Below are positions 26,471 through 35,909 of a DNA stretch of 58,999 nt, piece after piece. The position numbers and the translations under genes are program-made. The notes beneath the pieces were generated by a model, which saw only the letters and a program-made list of their open reading frames with translations, did no database searches and was not told where the DNA came from. This stretch comes from Spirochaetota bacterium (lineage in GTDB: Bacteria; Spirochaetota; Spirochaetia; B11-G9). Position 1 is the first letter of the stretch, and each line of letters starts with the position of its first letter. Where the stretch lies: positions 1 through 58,999 of the forward strand of contig JAJRQE010000071.1 of the NCBI GenBank assembly GCA_024280415.1. Direction: 5' to 3'.

Positions 26471-29400
26471 TCAGGCTTTCTCAAGATCAATAAAACAAAC
26501 TCCATCACCTAAAGGAACCTCAATAGAATTAGTGCATTTTTCCCATAAAAGCTCATCGGCAAGTGTTTCTGTTAGAAGATGATCCCTGAAACTATTTATT
26601 GCAGCCATAAGCCAATCGGAGCCTGATATTTTTAAGATAATTCTATCTGTTACTTCGAGTCCCCGCTCTTTTCTAAGATTCTGAATACTTCTGACAACAT
26701 CTCGTACGGCACCCTCCTTAAGAAGTTCTTCAGTAATCCCGGTGTCCAGTCCTACAGTCAAAGATCCCTCATTTAAAACTTTGAGATTCTCCTTCTCCAG
26801 TCTCTGGATGATAATTCCATCTTCTTTGAGTTCGAGTATACCTGCTTCATAATCAATATGAAGAACCGCTCCATCCAGCAGACTCTGAATCTCGACCATT
26901 GTCAGTTCCTCGATTTTCTTTGCCGCTGCCTTCATGTTTTTACCAAGAGTTTTCCCAAGTATTTTAAAATTTGCCTTAGCCTTGTATGCAACAAGATCCT
27001 CTTCATTCTCTCTAAAGATAACATCCTTGACATTTAACTCTTCAATAATTATATCTTCCATTTCCCGAAGTACAGCCCTCTCCCGGGGATCTCTTGTTAC
27101 AACATAGAGGGATTTAAGAGGCTGTCTTATCTTTAATGAGTGAATACTCCTTAAAGCTCTTCCCATGGATACAGCCTGTCTTGTAATTTCCATCTTTTTT
27201 TCAAGATCCATATCCCTTTTCGAGTTGTCAGTAACAGGGTAATCGGAAAGATGAATAGATTCCGGCATCTTATCTCTTTTAAGATTCTGGTAGATCTCTT
27301 CTGTAATAAATGGAATAAATGGAGCCGCTACATATATTGTTTTCATTAAAACTGAATAAAGGGTTTCGTATGCCTGGAGTTTATCGTTATCATTTTCTGA
27401 TCGCCAGAATCTTCTTCTTGATCTTCGTATATACCAGTTATTAAGAAGGTCAATAAACCGTATTATAAAACTTATAGCCTTTGAAAGATCATAACGATCA
27501 AGATGATCGGTAACTTCAGATACAAGATATTCTGCTTCTGAGAGAATCCATCTGTCAAGAGGGTTATCAGGTTCGGAGGGAACCCCCTTTGGTTCAAAAT
27601 TATCGATATTTGCATAGGTTACAAAAAAGCTGTAAGCATTCCAGAAAGGAATAATAAAGCCCTTAAGAACATCTTTAATACCTTCATCGGAATATTTTAG
27701 ATCCTCTCCCTTAACCACTGCGGAGTTCATTAAAAACATTCTTAGAGCATCTGCACCAAAGGTATCAATTATCTCTTTAGGGTCAGTAAAATTCCTCTCT
27801 GACTTGGACATTTTCTTACCGTCTTCCGCAAGAACAAGACCATTAACCACTACATTCTTAAATGCAGGTTTATCAAAGAGTGCGGCAGCCAGAATTGTCA
27901 GAGTATAAAACCATCCCCTGGTCTGATCCAGACCCTCAGAAATAAAGTCTGCTGGAAAGTTTTTTTCAAACCACTCTTTATTTTCAAAGGGGTAGTGAAC
28001 CTGAGCATAGGGCATAGCACCGGATTCAAACCAGCAGTCAAGAACATCCGGGATTCTTCGCATAGTTCCTTTGCCGTCAGGGCTTGGCCATGTTATTTCA
28101 TCTACAAAATGTTTATGCAGATCATCCACCTTAACACCAGACTTTTCTTCAAGTTCGTCTCTGGAACCAATAACTTCCATATAATCGGATCCATCACACT
28201 TCCATATAGGAATGGGATTTCCCCAATACCGGTTCCTGCTTATTGCCCAGTCTCTGGCTCCTTCAAGCCATTTACCAAAACGGCCTCCTTTAATATGGGC
28301 AGGAACCCAGTTTACCTGATTATTTGCCTTTATCATCTTCTCTTTTATTTTCGAGATATCAACAAACCAGCAGGAAATAGCACGGTAGATTAAAGGTTCC
28401 TTGGTACGATAACAAAAAGGATAACTATGATTATAGTTTTCCCTTTTTACAAGTTTACCCTCTTCTCTGAGACGTTTGATAATTGCTTTATCTGCATCTT
28501 TTACGAATATTCCCTCATATTCGGGTACTTCATCTGTAAATCGACATTCCGCATCTATAGGACATACAATTGGAACCCCGGTATTTTTCATTATATTGTA
28601 GTCATCCTCTCCAAAACCGGGAGCAGTGTGAACTATACCCGTACCATTTTCGACAGTTACATAATCTGCAACCAGTGTTTTAAAAGCGTTCTGTTTCTCA
28701 TACTCTTTAAAATAAGGGAAAAGAGGTTCATAGCTGATACCTTCAAGCTCTTTTCCTGTAAATTCATCTATAATGCTGTATTCCCCGGGATCATTATAAT
28801 AGGAGGCTAATCTCTCCTTAGCCAGTATATAGTTTTCTTTACCATCCTCTATTTTTACATAGATAATATCAGGTCCCAATGCCAGACCAAGGTTTGATGG
28901 AAGTGTCCATGGGGTAGTAGTCCATGCAAGAAAATATGCATCTTCATCCTTGAGTTTAAACCTGACAGTTACTGCAGGATCAACAACATCTTTATAGCCG
29001 CCTAAATTTACTTCAAAGTTGGAGAGCGGTGTGGAGAGTTTGGGGCTGTAGGGCATAATATAGAACCCCTCATACATAAGCTCCTTCTCCATCAGCTGCT
29101 TGATGATCCACCAGATAGTTTCCATATAATCGGAATCCATGGTTTTATATCCATTGTCAAAATCCACCCATCTTCCCATTCTGGTAACGGTATATTCCCA
29201 CTCAGAAGTATACCGTAGAACAATAGACCGGCATGACTCGTTAAATTCAGATACTCCGAACTCCTCTATCTGATACTTTCCTGAAATACCCAGTTCTTTT
29301 TCCATTTCGTATTCAACAGGGAGGCCATGACAATCCCAGCCGAACTTCCTGTCCACCATAAACCCCTTCATGGACTGATATCGTGGAATTATATCCTTAA

Positions 29401-29590
29401 TAGTGCCAGGAACAAAATGTCCGAAATGGGGAAGACCTGTGGCAAATGGAGGTCCATCATAAAAAACAAATTCAGCATTTCCCTTTCTCTGATCAATTGA
29501 TTTTTTGAAAATATCTTTATCTTTCCAAAAGTCCAGGATCTTCTCTTCCATTTTAGGAAAACTTACTTTTGTATCTACAGTTTTATACAC
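26471..29590 (-). CDS. ileS: Isoleucine--tRNA ligase (long, type-2 form)
   Basis: PPFATGLPHFGH is the HIGH motif and KMSKS is present. 1039 aa. GTG start 5 nt after GGAGG. Confidence 0.95.
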   Translation of the reverse strand: MYKTVDTKVSFPKMEEKILDFWKDKDIFKKSIDQRKGNAEFVFYDGPPFATGLPHFGHFVPGTIKDIIPRYQSMKGFMVDRKFGWDCHGLPVEYEMEKELGISGKYQIEEFGVSEFNESCRSIVLRYTSEWEYTVTRMGRWVDFDNGYKTMDSDYMETIWWIIKQLMEKELMYEGFYIMPYSPKLSTPLSNFEVNLGGYKDVVDPAVTVRFKLKDEDAYFLAWTTTPWTLPSNLGLALGPDIIYVKIEDGKENYILAKERLASYYNDPGEYSIIDEFTGKELEGISYEPLFPYFKEYEKQNAFKTLVADYVTVENGTGIVHTAPGFGEDDYNIMKNTGVPIVCPIDAECRFTDEVPEYEGIFVKDADKAIIKRLREEGKLVKRENYNHSYPFCYRTKEPLIYRAISCWFVDISKIKEKMIKANNQVNWVPAHIKGGRFGKWLEGARDWAISRNRYWGNPIPIWKCDGSDYMEVIGSRDELEEKSGVKVDDLHKHFVDEITWPSPDGKGTMRRIPDVLDCWFESGAMPYAQVHYPFENKEWFEKNFPADFISEGLDQTRGWFYTLTILAAALFDKPAFKNVVVNGLVLAEDGKKMSKSERNFTDPKEIIDTFGADALRMFLMNSAVVKGEDLKYSDEGIKDVLKGFIIPFWNAYSFFVTYANIDNFEPKGVPSEPDNPLDRWILSEAEYLVSEVTDHLDRYDLSKAISFIIRFIDLLNNWYIRRSRRRFWRSENDNDKLQAYETLYSVLMKTIYVAAPFIPFITEEIYQNLKRDKMPESIHLSDYPVTDNSKRDMDLEKKMEITRQAVSMGRALRSIHSLKIRQPLKSLYVVTRDPRERAVLREMEDIIIEELNVKDVIFRENEEDLVAYKAKANFKILGKTLGKNMKAAAKKIEELTMVEIQSLLDGAVLHIDYEAGILELKEDGIIIQRLEKENLKVLNEGSLTVGLDTGITEELLKEGAVRDVVRSIQNLRKERGLEVTDRIILKISGSDWLMAAINSFRDHLLTETLADELLWEKCTNSIEVPLGDGVCFIDLEKA

Positions 29591-29658
29591 AAATGCCTCC
29601 AGATTAACCCTACTGAAAGACCATTAAATGGTGTTCAGTATAGTGGGTTTAAAGCGCT

Positions 29659-29687
29659 ATTTTCGTCAAAATAGCAATAGATGTCAA
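29659..29687 (-). promoter_or_regulatory. Candidate sigma70 promoter for ileS, TTGACA-17-GAAAAT
   Basis: Minus strand: TTGACA (29687..29682), 17-nt spacer, GAAAAT (29664..29659). Leaves a leader of about 65 nt. Confidence 0.4.
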
Positions 29688-29760
29688 GCCGAAGCTATCT
29701 AATACCTGTTCCTGTTATCTTAGAGTTTATTTTAATTTATTCTCTCTTTTCTTTTTTTGC

Positions 29761-29787
29761 TAATCTCATTTTTTATTTTACCGACAT
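29761..29787 (+). promoter_or_regulatory. Candidate sigma28 (FliA)-type promoter for flaB
   Basis: TAAT-N15-ACCGACAT compared with consensus TAAA-N15-GCCGATAA (3/4 and 5/8 matches). Confidence 0.35.
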
Positions 29788-29802
29788 TCATAGTATATCA
29801 AA

Positions 29803-29846
29803 CCGGACAAGGATGTCCGGACTTTATACACAATCAAGGAGGATTG
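29803..29846 (+). promoter_or_regulatory. flaB 5' leader with two GGA-presenting hairpins (putative CsrA sites, the second over the SD)
   Basis: CCGGACA-AGGA-TGTCCGG (29803-29820) and CAATC-AAGGAG-GATTG (29831-29846). ATG at 29848. Confidence 0.55.
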
Positions 29847-29847
29847 T

Positions 29848-30720
29848 ATGATTATAAATCACAACATGAGTGCTATCTTTACCCAGAGACAGAATGGTCT
29901 TAACAACTTGCGTGTTAACGGTAACATGGAAAAGTTATCTTCTGGCCTGAGGATCAACAAAGCAGGGGATGATGCGTCCGGTCTTGCTGTATCAGAAAAG
30001 ATGAGAGCTCAAATCAGAGGCTTACGACGAGCCGAAAGAAATGCACAGGATGGTATTTCTTTTATTCAGACAACTGAAGGTTATCTGCAGGAAACACAGG
30101 ATATACTTCAGAGAATGAGAGAACTTGCAATCCAGGCTTCCAATGGGATCTATTCTGACGAAGACAGAATGCAGATTCAGGTTGAAATAAGTCAGCTTGT
30201 TGATGAGATCAACAGGATTTCTTCCCATGCACAGTTTAATGGAATGAATATGCTTACAGGCAGATTCAGTAAGGAAACCGGAGAAAATGCAGTTACCGGT
30301 TCGATGTGGCTCCATATCGGTGCAAATATGGATCAGAGAGAAAGAGTCTACATAGGAACAATGACAGCACAGGGACTTGGTATACAGGGACTTGGCGCAC
30401 AGTCACATGCAGCAACTTTTATCTCAATCTCCTCACCTGATAATGCAAATATTTCATTGTCTGTTATCGATAGTGCTCTTACCAAGGTCAGTAAACAAAG
30501 AGCAGACCTCGGTGCATATCAGACCAGATTAAATTATGCTTCACAGGGACTGAATGTCGGAGCAGAAAATCTGCAGGCTGCTGAATCACGAATCAGAGAT
30601 ACAGATATGGCTGAAGAGATGGTTGATTTTACCAAAAATCAGATTCTTGTACAAACTTCAAATGCAATGCTTGCTCAGGCTAATGCAAAGAGCCAGTCTG
30701 TTCTTCAGTTATTCCAGTAA
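29848..30720 (+). CDS. flaB: Periplasmic flagellar filament core flagellin FlaB
   Basis: [15 protein letters not shown]...[30 protein letters not shown]...[12 protein letters not shown]...[12 protein letters not shown]. 290 aa, spirochetal FlaB pattern. Confidence 0.95.
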   Translation: MIINHNMSAIFTQRQNGLNNLRVNGNMEKLSSGLRINKAGDDASGLAVSEKMRAQIRGLRRAERNAQDGISFIQTTEGYLQETQDILQRMRELAIQASNGIYSDEDRMQIQVEISQLVDEINRISSHAQFNGMNMLTGRFSKETGENAVTGSMWLHIGANMDQRERVYIGTMTAQGLGIQGLGAQSHAATFISISSPDNANISLSVIDSALTKVSKQRADLGAYQTRLNYASQGLNVGAENLQAAESRIRDTDMAEEMVDFTKNQILVQTSNAMLAQANAKSQSVLQLFQ

Positions 30721-30740
30721 ATTATTTAGTAATTTTAAAA

Positions 30741-30767
30741 GACGATCCTTTTGGATCGTCTTTTTTT
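30741..30767 (+). terminator. Rho-independent terminator of flaB
   Basis: GACGATCC-tttt-GGATCGTC followed by T7. Confidence 0.85.
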
Positions 30768-30811
30768 CTCCTGTTAAAACCACCTATACAGTTGAAAAAT
30801 CACCATTTATA

Positions 30812-32176
30812 ATGTATAAATTTCTCATGACTCATTTTAAAGTTCCAGTCGTTTTGAAAAACTTTGCCAATGTATTTAAGGATAATAAATTCAGCTGTTA
30901 TCTTGTAGGAGGAGCTCTGCGAAATCACTTTGCAGGACTGATCCCGACAGACTATGATTTTGCAAGTGATGCAAATCCGCAAGATATAATGAGAATGTTC
31001 AGGCATGTTATTCCCACAGGAATTAAACATGGTACTGTTACAGTTCTCTACAGAGGTAATTCATTCGAAGTAACAACATTCAGAGTAGAAGGGGAATATA
31101 CCAATTCAAGACATCCTGATTCAATCAAATATAGTCCCTCCATTCTTGAAGATCTAAAAAGGAGAGATTTTACCATTAATTCCATAGCTATGAATCTGGA
31201 AACAGGCGAACTTCTGGATCCTCATAATGGTATTCAGGATATAAAACACAGAAGGATAAAAGCAATTGGAAACCCTCAGGAACGTTTTACCGAGGACGGT
31301 TTACGATTAATGCGTGCCTGCCGGTTTACTTCTCAACTGGAATTTTCACTGGAATCTTCAACACTTAACGCTGTAAAACTATGTAAAGATAATTTACGAA
31401 AGGTATCTGCCGAGAGAATTCGTGATGAAATTATTAAAATTTTGCAGGTAAAAAAACCTTCTATTGCTTTGAAAATAATGGAAGAGACCGGAATACTTGA
31501 GATAGTAATGCCTGAACTGATGGAGTGCAGGGGCATAAAACAGAAGGGATATCATAATTTTGATGTACTCGATCATCTGTTCTACTCCTGTGACGGAGGA
31601 CCTCCGGACGATTTTATATTACGTTTGGCGGCTCTTCTTCATGACACAGGAAAGCCTGCTTCTCTTGAACTCGACAGAGAGGGTATTCCCACCTTTTATA
31701 ATCATGATAAAATTTCCAGCCAAATTGCGGTAAAAATCATGCAGAGGCTTAAATTTTCCGGTAATGAAATAAAAAAAGTATCCCATCTGATTTCTCATCA
31801 CATGTTCAACTATACAGATGACTGGACAGATGCTGCTGTTAGACGGTTTATTGCAAAAACCGGAGTAAAAAACATTGATGATCTGTTTAAACTACGACTT
31901 GCCGATCAGTTTGGAATGACAAATTCAGAAAAGCATTCACAGTATCTCTATATGTTTGCAGACAGAATAGAATCAGTACTGAAAGAAAACAGTGCCTTTA
32001 CATTAAAGGATCTTGATATAAGCGGTAACGATCTGCTGACCATGGCGGGAATTAAGAGAGGACCGCAGATTGGAATTATTCTTAATGAACTTCTTGAAGC
32101 TGTTCTTGATGATCCTAAAATGAATGAAAAGAGTAAACTGATTAACATTGCCAGAAATATTTACAAAAACAGGTAA
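30812..32176 (+). CDS. cca: CCA-adding tRNA nucleotidyltransferase with HD domain
   Basis: YLVGGALRN...DYDFAS...RRDFTINSIA...EDGLRLMRACRF plus HDTGKP. The ORF-track start 30554 would overlap flaB and its terminator, so I use ATG 30812. Confidence 0.85.
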   Translation: MYKFLMTHFKVPVVLKNFANVFKDNKFSCYLVGGALRNHFAGLIPTDYDFASDANPQDIMRMFRHVIPTGIKHGTVTVLYRGNSFEVTTFRVEGEYTNSRHPDSIKYSPSILEDLKRRDFTINSIAMNLETGELLDPHNGIQDIKHRRIKAIGNPQERFTEDGLRLMRACRFTSQLEFSLESSTLNAVKLCKDNLRKVSAERIRDEIIKILQVKKPSIALKIMEETGILEIVMPELMECRGIKQKGYHNFDVLDHLFYSCDGGPPDDFILRLAALLHDTGKPASLELDREGIPTFYNHDKISSQIAVKIMQRLKFSGNEIKKVSHLISHHMFNYTDDWTDAAVRRFIAKTGVKNIDDLFKLRLADQFGMTNSEKHSQYLYMFADRIESVLKENSAFTLKDLDISGNDLLTMAGIKRGPQIGIILNELLEAVLDDPKMNEKSKLINIARNIYKNR

Positions 32177-32188
32177 TGTTAAAAAACT

Positions 32189-32935
32189 TCAATCTTTAAC
32201 AAAATACTTATATGCAATACTGGCTGCAATCTGTTCTGCTTCTTTTTTATTTTTACCAATACCGGGTCCATACATCTCACCTGCGACCTTAACCTCGATC
32301 CAGAATGTACGATCATGGTCAGGGCCTGTTTTTTTAATCAATGAGTACTTTGGATAACTCTTATATTTTTTTTGTACGAATTCCTGAAGAAGTGTCTTAT
32401 AGTCTTTTTTGTGCCGATTCTCAAGAACTTTATCAATTTCCGGTACTATATATTTCAAAATAAATGATTGGGATGCTTTAAATCCGGAATCCAGGAAATA
32501 GGCGCCAAAAACGGCTTCGGTACAGTCAGCAAGAATGGCTTTTTTATTTCGGCCTCCGGAGTACTCTTCACCCTTACCTATCAGGATAAAGTTGTCAATC
32601 TTGAGTTCTTTTGCGATAACTGCAAGACTATCCTCACTGACAACAAAAGATTTAATACGTGCCAGTTCACCTTCGTTCCTTCCGGTTAAATTTCTATAGA
32701 GGTATTCACTCACTACAAGACCTAGAACACTGTCACCAAGAAATTCCAGACGTTCGTTATTTTCTACACTTTCTTTACTTTCATTTGCAAAAGAGCGATG
32801 AGAAAAAGCAAGGTTCAGAAAAGTTATTTTTCTGAACCTTATTCCCGCATTTTTCTCAAAAACATGCAGTTCCTTCTTCCTTTCCTGATTTACAGGCGGA
32901 AACCTGAAACTACCTGATTTCTTAACATGATTCAC
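32189..32935 (-). CDS. rnc: Ribonuclease III
   Basis: NERLEFLGDSVLGLVVSEYLY signature plus a C-terminal dsRBD (KDYKTLLQEF...GKNKKEAEQIAA). Confidence 0.95.
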   Translation of the reverse strand: MNHVKKSGSFRFPPVNQERKKELHVFEKNAGIRFRKITFLNLAFSHRSFANESKESVENNERLEFLGDSVLGLVVSEYLYRNLTGRNEGELARIKSFVVSEDSLAVIAKELKIDNFILIGKGEEYSGGRNKKAILADCTEAVFGAYFLDSGFKASQSFILKYIVPEIDKVLENRHKKDYKTLLQEFVQKKYKSYPKYSLIKKTGPDHDRTFWIEVKVAGEMYGPGIGKNKKEAEQIAASIAYKYFVKD

Positions 32936-32941
32936 TTATGA

Positions 32942-33178
32942 CTAGGCATCCTGTGATTTAAGAAAGTTTAAAGCATCACCAACAGTCTCAAACTCATTAG
33001 CTTTTTCATCTGGTATTGTAACGCCCATTTCTTCTTCAATTGCATAAACAAGTTCATAAGTATCGAGACTATCGGCACCAAGATCCTGTCTAAAAGATGC
33101 TTCAGGTGTAATTTTTGATTCTTCCACCTCAAGTTTTTCTGCAATAAGCTTTTTTAGTTTGTCAAACATTTCGTCCAT
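32942..33178 (-). CDS. acpP: Acyl carrier protein
   Basis: 78 aa, with LGADSLDTYELV as the phosphopantetheine attachment site. Confidence 0.95.
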   Translation of the reverse strand: MDEMFDKLKKLIAEKLEVEESKITPEASFRQDLGADSLDTYELVYAIEEEMGVTIPDEKANEFETVGDALNFLKSQDA

Positions 33179-33199
33179 AATTTACTCCTTAAAAATTTA

Positions 33200-33388
33200 T
33201 TAAGCCATATTTTCAAGTTCAATTACTTGATTTCCCCTGTAATACCCGCACTTCGGGCATACTCGGTGTGGTAATACTTTGTTACCACATGTTCCGCACT
33301 CAACCAGTCCTGGAACTGTAAGTTTCATATTAGCAGATCGTCTTGTACGTGTTCGTTGTTTAGACGTCTTATATTTTGGTACTGCCAT
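33200..33388 (-). CDS. rpmF: 50S ribosomal protein L32
   Basis: MAVPKYKTSKQRTRTRRS with CxxC...CxxC. Confidence 0.95.
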   Translation of the reverse strand: MAVPKYKTSKQRTRTRRSANMKLTVPGLVECGTCGNKVLPHRVCPKCGYYRGNQVIELENMA

Positions 33389-33450
33389 TATAACATCCTC
33401 TCCAAATTAGCAAAAAGTCAGTGTGAACTTAACCCAATTAAGGCTTAATG

Positions 33451-33933
33451 TCAACTGCCTCTTAAACGCTCTTTTAAGGCCTTAGCTACTTCCGGAGGTA
33501 CCATAGCTCCAATATCACCATCAAGAAGTGCAATTTCCTTTATAGCTGAAGAACGTAAAACAAAGTACTTCGGATCTGTAGGCATGAACAGTATATCAAC
33601 ATCAGGACTAAGTTCCTTATTTGTCATAGCGAGCTCAAACTCATATCCAAAATCTACAAGAGCACGCACACCCCTGATCATTACTTCTATCTTGTTTTCT
33701 TCTGCAAATTTTACAATGAGGCTGTCCCACAAATGCACTGTAACATTTGAGTAACCCCGCAGCAGATCATTCATCATAGCATAACGCTCATCCGATGAGA
33801 AAAGGCACTTCTTCCGATCATTCACCGCAATTACAACATACAGCTCATCAAATATTGCCGCTGCTCTTTTTATTAGATTCAGATGACCGTTAGTGGGAGG
33901 ATCAAATGAACCAGGAAACATAGCTTTCTTCAC
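33451..33933 (-). CDS. coaD: Phosphopantetheine adenylyltransferase
   Basis: FPGSFDPPTNGHLNLIKRA motif. 160 aa. Confidence 0.95.
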   Translation of the reverse strand: MKKAMFPGSFDPPTNGHLNLIKRAAAIFDELYVVIAVNDRKKCLFSSDERYAMMNDLLRGYSNVTVHLWDSLIVKFAEENKIEVMIRGVRALVDFGYEFELAMTNKELSPDVDILFMPTDPKYFVLRSSAIKEIALLDGDIGAMVPPEVAKALKERLRGS

Positions 33934-34081
33934 AAGAATAACTTACTAATTAAGCCTCTTTGAAGTCAAGTTATATTTCGGTCGACAACCGAAATAATTA
34001 ACTTTTTTTACCTTTTATATGATTTTTAGTGATTAAATTGTCATTGCTTTGATATATTATCAATGTTTATTAATTTTCGTT

Positions 34082-34110
34082 TTGACAAATAGTCTATGAC
34101 TATATAATAT
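34082..34110 (+). promoter_or_regulatory. Sigma70-type promoter TTGACA-17-TAATAT ending 7 nt before ATG 34118
   Basis: TTGACA at 34082-34087, TAATAT at 34105-34110, then agagaca ATG. No SD. Confidence 0.5.
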
Positions 34111-34117
34111 AGAGACA

Positions 34118-34687
34118 ATGAAAGTTAATAAATTTTTAATTATTTTGTTTTTTACCTCGTTTTTTTTACTGTACTCCTGTGCAACCGGGAATGAAGCAGT
34201 TAAAGAAGATCCTGTATTGGAACAGGAAGAAGTTCCTGTAATTAGGGCAGAACCAAAAGAACCTGTAACTGTAGTTACCAAGGAAGCTCCTGCTCCTGCA
34301 ACACTCGAAGGTACAGAACTGGAAAAAGCTGAAACTGATATTGCTGAATTAATAGATAAACTAAATGGACTTGTTTCTGCCAGAAACTTCAAGGCATGGA
34401 AGGAATACCTGTCGGATGAATATATTAGTTACTACAGTAATCCTGACATTCTTGCCGAAATGTCGAAATCTCCTCTTTTACTTAAAAATAAAATTGTTCT
34501 GAGATCTTTGATGGATTATTTTAATTATATAGTCGTAGGAAGCAGACAAAAGGTTAAACTTGATGATATAAAGGTTCTCGACAGAGATCATATTAAGGCC
34601 TATATGTTTATCAACAACAATCCTGTTATTATATATGAGCTTGAACGAATTGATGAAAATTGGAAAATTGGTAAATTTTTAGAATAG
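34118..34687 (+). CDS. Lipoprotein of unknown function
   Basis: MKVNKFLIILFFTSFFLLYSC ends in a lipobox. 189 aa. Confidence 0.7.
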   Translation: MKVNKFLIILFFTSFFLLYSCATGNEAVKEDPVLEQEEVPVIRAEPKEPVTVVTKEAPAPATLEGTELEKAETDIAELIDKLNGLVSARNFKAWKEYLSDEYISYYSNPDILAEMSKSPLLLKNKIVLRSLMDYFNYIVVGSRQKVKLDDIKVLDRDHIKAYMFINNNPVIIYELERIDENWKIGKFLE

Positions 34688-34712
34688 AACTTGTAATAAA
34701 TGGAGATTCAAT

Positions 34713-35417
34713 ATGAAAAATAGGTTTTTCATCATAATTATACTGGTAAGTTTAATTCTTCCCTCTTTTACTTTCTCACAGAACACAGGTACAGAGAAAG
34801 AAAAAACAGTTGAAGAAATTTTTCTGCAGAGTATAGAACTGACTGTAATAGGTGAAATGGCTACAAGTCTTTCCAGAGAAGCGAAACTGGATGCACTTGC
34901 TGCTATTGAGGATATGATAGAAAGCGGCAGAGCGTCTTCAAATGATACGGATCTGTTTTCCATACTCCAGTACCTTTCTATGGAAGGGAATGGTGTACAG
35001 ATGAGAGAAAGAGGACTACTGGTAAATAATTTTCCGGAAGTGAGAAGGAGATCCTGTGAAGCCCTGGGCAAAATAGGCGGAGAAACCGCTAAAGCCTCAC
35101 TTATCAATGTGCTTTTGACAGAACAGGAACCAATGGTACTGGCTGAAGCTGCTTACGCACTCGGAACTATTGGAATAAATAATGATAATCAGGTTACTCA
35201 GGCACTTTCATATTCAATCCTTGGTCAGAATATTATAAATCCTGATAATAACTATGCTTTTGCAGTTCTCCTTGCCTTTGAAAAAATTGCCGAATCAAAT
35301 AACGGCATTACAGATCCAAGTGCCATAAGTGCTCTTGTGAGAATACAGAATGGTAATTACATTAGAACGGTTAAGAGAAAAGCTAAAAGTGTAATCGATA
35401 AATTAAGAGGATACTAA
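34713..35417 (+). CDS. Secreted HEAT-repeat (PBS-lyase-like) protein
   Basis: Signal peptide, then EVRRRSCEALGKIGGETA...VLAEAAYALGTIG, which are HEAT-like repeats. Confidence 0.7.
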   Translation: MKNRFFIIIILVSLILPSFTFSQNTGTEKEKTVEEIFLQSIELTVIGEMATSLSREAKLDALAAIEDMIESGRASSNDTDLFSILQYLSMEGNGVQMRERGLLVNNFPEVRRRSCEALGKIGGETAKASLINVLLTEQEPMVLAEAAYALGTIGINNDNQVTQALSYSILGQNIINPDNNYAFAVLLAFEKIAESNNGITDPSAISALVRIQNGNYIRTVKRKAKSVIDKLRGY

Positions 35418-35429
35418 CCCTTCAACAAA

Positions 35430-35458
35430 CTCAGGGATCGAAGAACCGGATCTCTGAG
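35430..35458. terminator. Hairpin between convergent genes (no U-tract)
   Basis: CTCAGGGATC-gaagaaccg-GATCTCTGAG, a 10-bp stem with one G-T pair. Confidence 0.3.
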
Positions 35459-35524
35459 CAGCTTGAGTTATATGCTGGAATTTATTAAAAAATAGAGAGT
35501 ATAACTATCAAAGAGTTTTAATAT

Positions 35525-35905
35525 TTACCTGTTTTTCAGATTGCGGCTGATTCTTTTCCGCCAGTCGCCTTTCAGTTCTTTATTTTCAAACTGTATTTTT
35601 TTTCTTATTTTTATATCTTTTCCAGGTTTTCCTGTAACTATTGCAAAATCTCCATTACCGATATAGGTAATTTTTTCTCTGGGACCGAGCTCTTCTTTTT
35701 CAGAAATACTCTTTAGTACACAGTCAAAATGTGCAGGGTTATTCTCTTCTCCAACACTTATTGCGGTTAACAGAAATTTTACCGACTGACCGCATATTGG
35801 ACATTCCGGAAATGATCTTTTATTTCGGAATCTTCTGTAGTTATTCCTTCTTCTATTCCCGGCAGGTGCAGCTCCGCTATTAATTGTTTCCGGTTTATCA
35901 CTCAA
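35525..35905 (-). CDS. Arg-rich N-terminus plus CxxC...HxxC protein, unknown function
   Basis: 126 aa. TTG start 7 nt after GAGGAG. CPICGQ...HFDC is a putative metal site. Confidence 0.6.
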   Translation of the reverse strand: MSDKPETINSGAAPAGNRRRNNYRRFRNKRSFPECPICGQSVKFLLTAISVGEENNPAHFDCVLKSISEKEELGPREKITYIGNGDFAIVTGKPGKDIKIRKKIQFENKELKGDWRKRISRNLKNR

Positions 35906-35909
35906 TTGC

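Noticed and set aside
29591-29700. T-box riboswitch upstream of ileS
   Set aside because: There is no T-box consensus (AGGGUGGNACCGCG-like), no terminator/antiterminator pair and no U-tract. The leader is only about 65 nt, and T-boxes are not expected in spirochetes.
30554-30811. N-terminal 86-aa extension of the cca ORF in the track
   Set aside because: It would overlap the last 167 nt of flaB in another frame and read through the flaB terminator hairpin. Nucleotidyltransferase homology begins only after ATG 30812.
34060-35107. Minus-strand ORFs 34060..34392 and 34679..35107
   Set aside because: They are antisense to the lipoprotein and HEAT-repeat genes, and they are S/A/T-rich low-complexity translations.
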